A stretch of 17,137 bases of DNA from an uncultured Methanosarcinales archaeon (lineage in GTDB: Archaea; Nanobdellota; Nanobdellia; Woesearchaeales; CAZYIM01). A program made the position numbers and the translations under genes. The DNA is taken from positions 1-17,137 of the forward strand of contig CAZYIM010000029.1 in assembly GCA_964647565.1 (NCBI GenBank), given 5' to 3'. Shown here one piece after another: positions 15,061-17,137 of this stretch (position 1 is its first letter; each line of letters begins with the position of its first letter). The notes under the pieces were generated by a model. The model ran no database searches. It was given only the letters and a program-made list of their open reading frames with translations, and was not told where the DNA came from.

Positions 15061-16017
15061 TTAAAAACTTTTCTGCAGCCTTAGCCAGCCAGTCTTGTTC
15101 TCTCCAACAATATCTGCACTGGCATTCAACACATAGCCTTTCTTAGCCAACTGAGCTTCAATTCCATAAGAAGGACTTTGATCTTTTGCAACAGTTACAG
15201 ATGGGCCGACCTTAAGTCCATCCATGACTTGAGCGACTGTAGCTATCTTGCCAAGATATAGGCCTTTATCTGAGTCCCACTTAGCAAAAAGATAGCCTCC
15301 AACATGCTTGGTCTGGTCGCTTATGGTGGGAGGCGTGTTGGTAAAGTCAGATGGTCCTAAAAACTGGTATCGCTCTGTAGCTGAAAACAAGCCACTAAGG
15401 AACTTGGAACATCCAATATATTGGTTGCCGTCTGCAACTTTTAAGTCTATAAGCCCAGACTGCATTCCTGATGCAGCATCCCTACTGTAGGTCGCTCTTA
15501 AAAAAGCTGCTGGGATGGCTAATATTGTAAAAAGATCTTTATTATCCCTATCCAGCTTATAGCCGAGTGTAGATACAAACTTCTCAAACTGAAGTGATGT
15601 ATATCCATGTATTTTACTGGTTTCATCAACCCTTCTTTTTGCCAGCACAGTCTTCAAGGCGCCTTTTTTCAGGCTTGCCTCAAGCTGGTATGCTCCATTG
15701 TCTGTAAACGCATAACTAAGATCTACATTCTCATTAATCTTTCTAGAGAGTTTGATCCTTGCATCTGTCTCCTTGCCGCTGTTCTTGACCAATATATAGA
15801 AGTTGCCAAACTTATTGTCTACGCTTGCCACTGCACTTGCATTCTGCTTATTGTCCAGCATCAATCCATAAGATGCATCAGGTGTCATCATAACCTGCTG
15901 GATTACAGGTTTTTGCTTCTCTGCAAATGTTGCTTCTGTCTTTGATTTTATATCCTGCGCAACTGCTGTTGTGCCCATTACGAGCATAGCTGCCGCTAAC
16001 CATAGTGATTTTTTCAT
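15061..16017 (-). CDS. Secreted beta-strand-rich protein, porin/beta-barrel-like (318 aa)
   Basis: Signal peptide MKKSLWLAAAMLVMGTTAVA|Q, alternating-polarity strands, C-terminus GWLRLQKSF. GAGGTGA SD at 16023-16029 supports ATG 16017. Confidence 0.7.
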   Translation of the reverse strand: MKKSLWLAAAMLVMGTTAVAQDIKSKTEATFAEKQKPVIQQVMMTPDASYGLMLDNKQNASAVASVDNKFGNFYILVKNSGKETDARIKLSRKINENVDLSYAFTDNGAYQLEASLKKGALKTVLAKRRVDETSKIHGYTSLQFEKFVSTLGYKLDRDNKDLFTILAIPAAFLRATYSRDAASGMQSGLIDLKVADGNQYIGCSKFLSGLFSATERYQFLGPSDFTNTPPTISDQTKHVGGYLFAKWDSDKGLYLGKIATVAQVMDGLKVGPSVTVAKDQSPSYGIEAQLAKKGYVLNASADIVGENKTGWLRLQKSF

Positions 16018-16019
16018 TT

Positions 16020-16090
16020 GTCTCACCTCTGAGATAGTTTTTTAATCTCAGAGACACCAGAAACTTTGTTTCTCAGTGCCCCCAATGAGA
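16020..16090 (-). promoter_or_regulatory. Structured 5' leader overlapping the Shine-Dalgarno site
   Basis: Perfect 9-bp inverted repeat CTCTGAGAT/ATCTCAGAG (16027-16035/16045-16053), plus a competing hairpin GGGGCACTGAGAAAC-AAA-GTTTCTGGTGTCTC. Confidence 0.5.
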
Positions 16091-16167
16091 TCTAACTATT
16101 TAATTTACTATTTATAAGTGAATACAAATATATAAATATTACCTCCACCTCAAGGGGGAGTAATACC

Positions 16168-17137
16168 ATGATTGAGACAATATTAAGGGAAATTGGGCTG
16201 ACCGAATCCGAGATAAAAGTCTATTTAGCTCTTCTGGAGCTCGGCTCAACAACAACAGGACCCATCGTCGACAAATCAGGCGTCAGTTCCTCGAAAATCT
16301 ATGAAATCCTTGAAAAATTAGCCAAAAAAGGCCTGGTCAGCCATATCATTAAGGCAGGAACAAAACATTTTGAAGCCAGCGATCCAGAGAGAATCATGGA
16401 CTATCTTGAAGAGAAAAAAAACTCTCTTACAGACCAGATTCGCTCTGTAAAAACTATCCTGCCACAGCTAGAGATCAAACGACAGCTTACAGAACATATC
16501 TCAGAAGCCACCATATTCAAGGGTTTTAGAGGTATCCAGACAGCGTTTAAAGAGTTACTAAAGGATGCAACACCCGAATTTACTATGCTTGTAATGGGAT
16601 TCTCAAAGAGCATACCAACCATTGAAAACTGGATGCATAGCTTTCACAGACAACGAGCAGAGAATAAAATACCTGCTAGGCTCATTATGCCAGAAACAAG
16701 GCCAGATCTGGGAAAAACCCGGAGTGCTATACCACTAACAAAGATAAAATATCTGCCCCAAGACATGTTCATACCTTCTGTGATCAATATCTACAAGGAT
16801 AAGGTGCTGATAGTTATCGACGAGGAATTCACATCAATCATGATAAAGAATAAGGAAGTGGCAGATTCATTCACCGCACAATTCGAGAACCTCTGGAAAC
16901 AGGACACAACCATCATCCAAGGATTCAAAGCACTGGATACATACTTAAGATCATTTATTGACGATCTAAAGGAAAATAATGAACCATACCTGACCATAGG
17001 TGCCGCATTTGGTGTAAAAAAATTCGAGAAAAAATACGTTGAATTCTTCAGGAAAATCGGCCAATATAGAGTAGATCAAAAATTAGATGTTAAGATGTTG
17101 TTTCAACAAGGAACAGAAGAGTTTGTCAAAAATAACA
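16168..17137 (+). CDS. TrmB family transcriptional regulator with duplicated effector domain (3'-truncated by window edge); not in the ORF track
   Basis: Manual translation MIETILREIGLTESEIKVYLALLELGSTTTGPIVDKSGVSSSKIYEILEKLAKKGLVS is a classic TrmB HTH. Frame is open to the window end. Confidence 0.9.
   Translation, partial: MIETILREIGLTESEIKVYLALLELGSTTTGPIVDKSGVSSSKIYEILEKLAKKGLVSHIIKAGTKHFEASDPERIMDYLEEKKNSLTDQIRSVKTILPQLEIKRQLTEHISEATIFKGFRGIQTAFKELLKDATPEFTMLVMGFSKSIPTIENWMHSFHRQRAENKIPARLIMPETRPDLGKTRSAIPLTKIKYLPQDMFIPSVINIYKDKVLIVIDEEFTSIMIKNKEVADSFTAQFENLWKQDTTIIQGFKALDTYLRSFIDDLKENNEPYLTIGAAFGVKKFEKKYVEFFRKIGQYRVDQKLDVKMLFQQGTEEFVKNN

Noticed and set aside
16060..16090. TPP riboswitch (GGGG...CTGAGA)
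   Set aside because: The downstream ACCTGA, TAAT and CGTAGG/GGGA core elements are absent.
592..16997. Other short ORFs in the track (e.g. 592-798, 2871-3257, 4259-4672, 13206-13565, 14604-14942, 16401-16622)
   Set aside because: Antisense or out-of-frame shadows of well-supported genes, with no recognisable motifs.
1..17137. CRISPR array, cas genes, rRNA or transposase
   Set aside because: No regularly spaced repeats or matching motifs were seen.

Overview
Archaeal chromosomal segment, most consistent with a DPANN/Woesearchaeota-type genome (inferred from eL43, Rpo12, Pcc1, prefoldin, BRE/TATA promoters, GGAGGTGA Shine-Dalgarno sites, a stand-alone Dph2 N-terminal module and TrmB regulators). 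It holds a housekeeping operon (rpl37ae-rpoP-pcc1-pfdB-UPF0147), mscS, a tRNA-Pro(TGG) with two non-canonical BHB introns, DUF1704 and DUF429 genes, topoisomerase IA, two tandem ~600-aa paralogues of unknown function, a MazG-like/phosphohistidine-domain fusion divergent from a TrmB-like regulator, suhB, a DUF362 Fe-S protein, a secreted beta-barrel-like protein and a partial TrmB regulator. The most striking unexplained signal is a pair of intergenic fold-back elements (4825-4966, minus sense; 11127-11217, plus sense). They have related terminal inverted repeats and share a three-way-junction core with compensatory base changes, suggesting a structured RNA or ssDNA element family I do not recognise.
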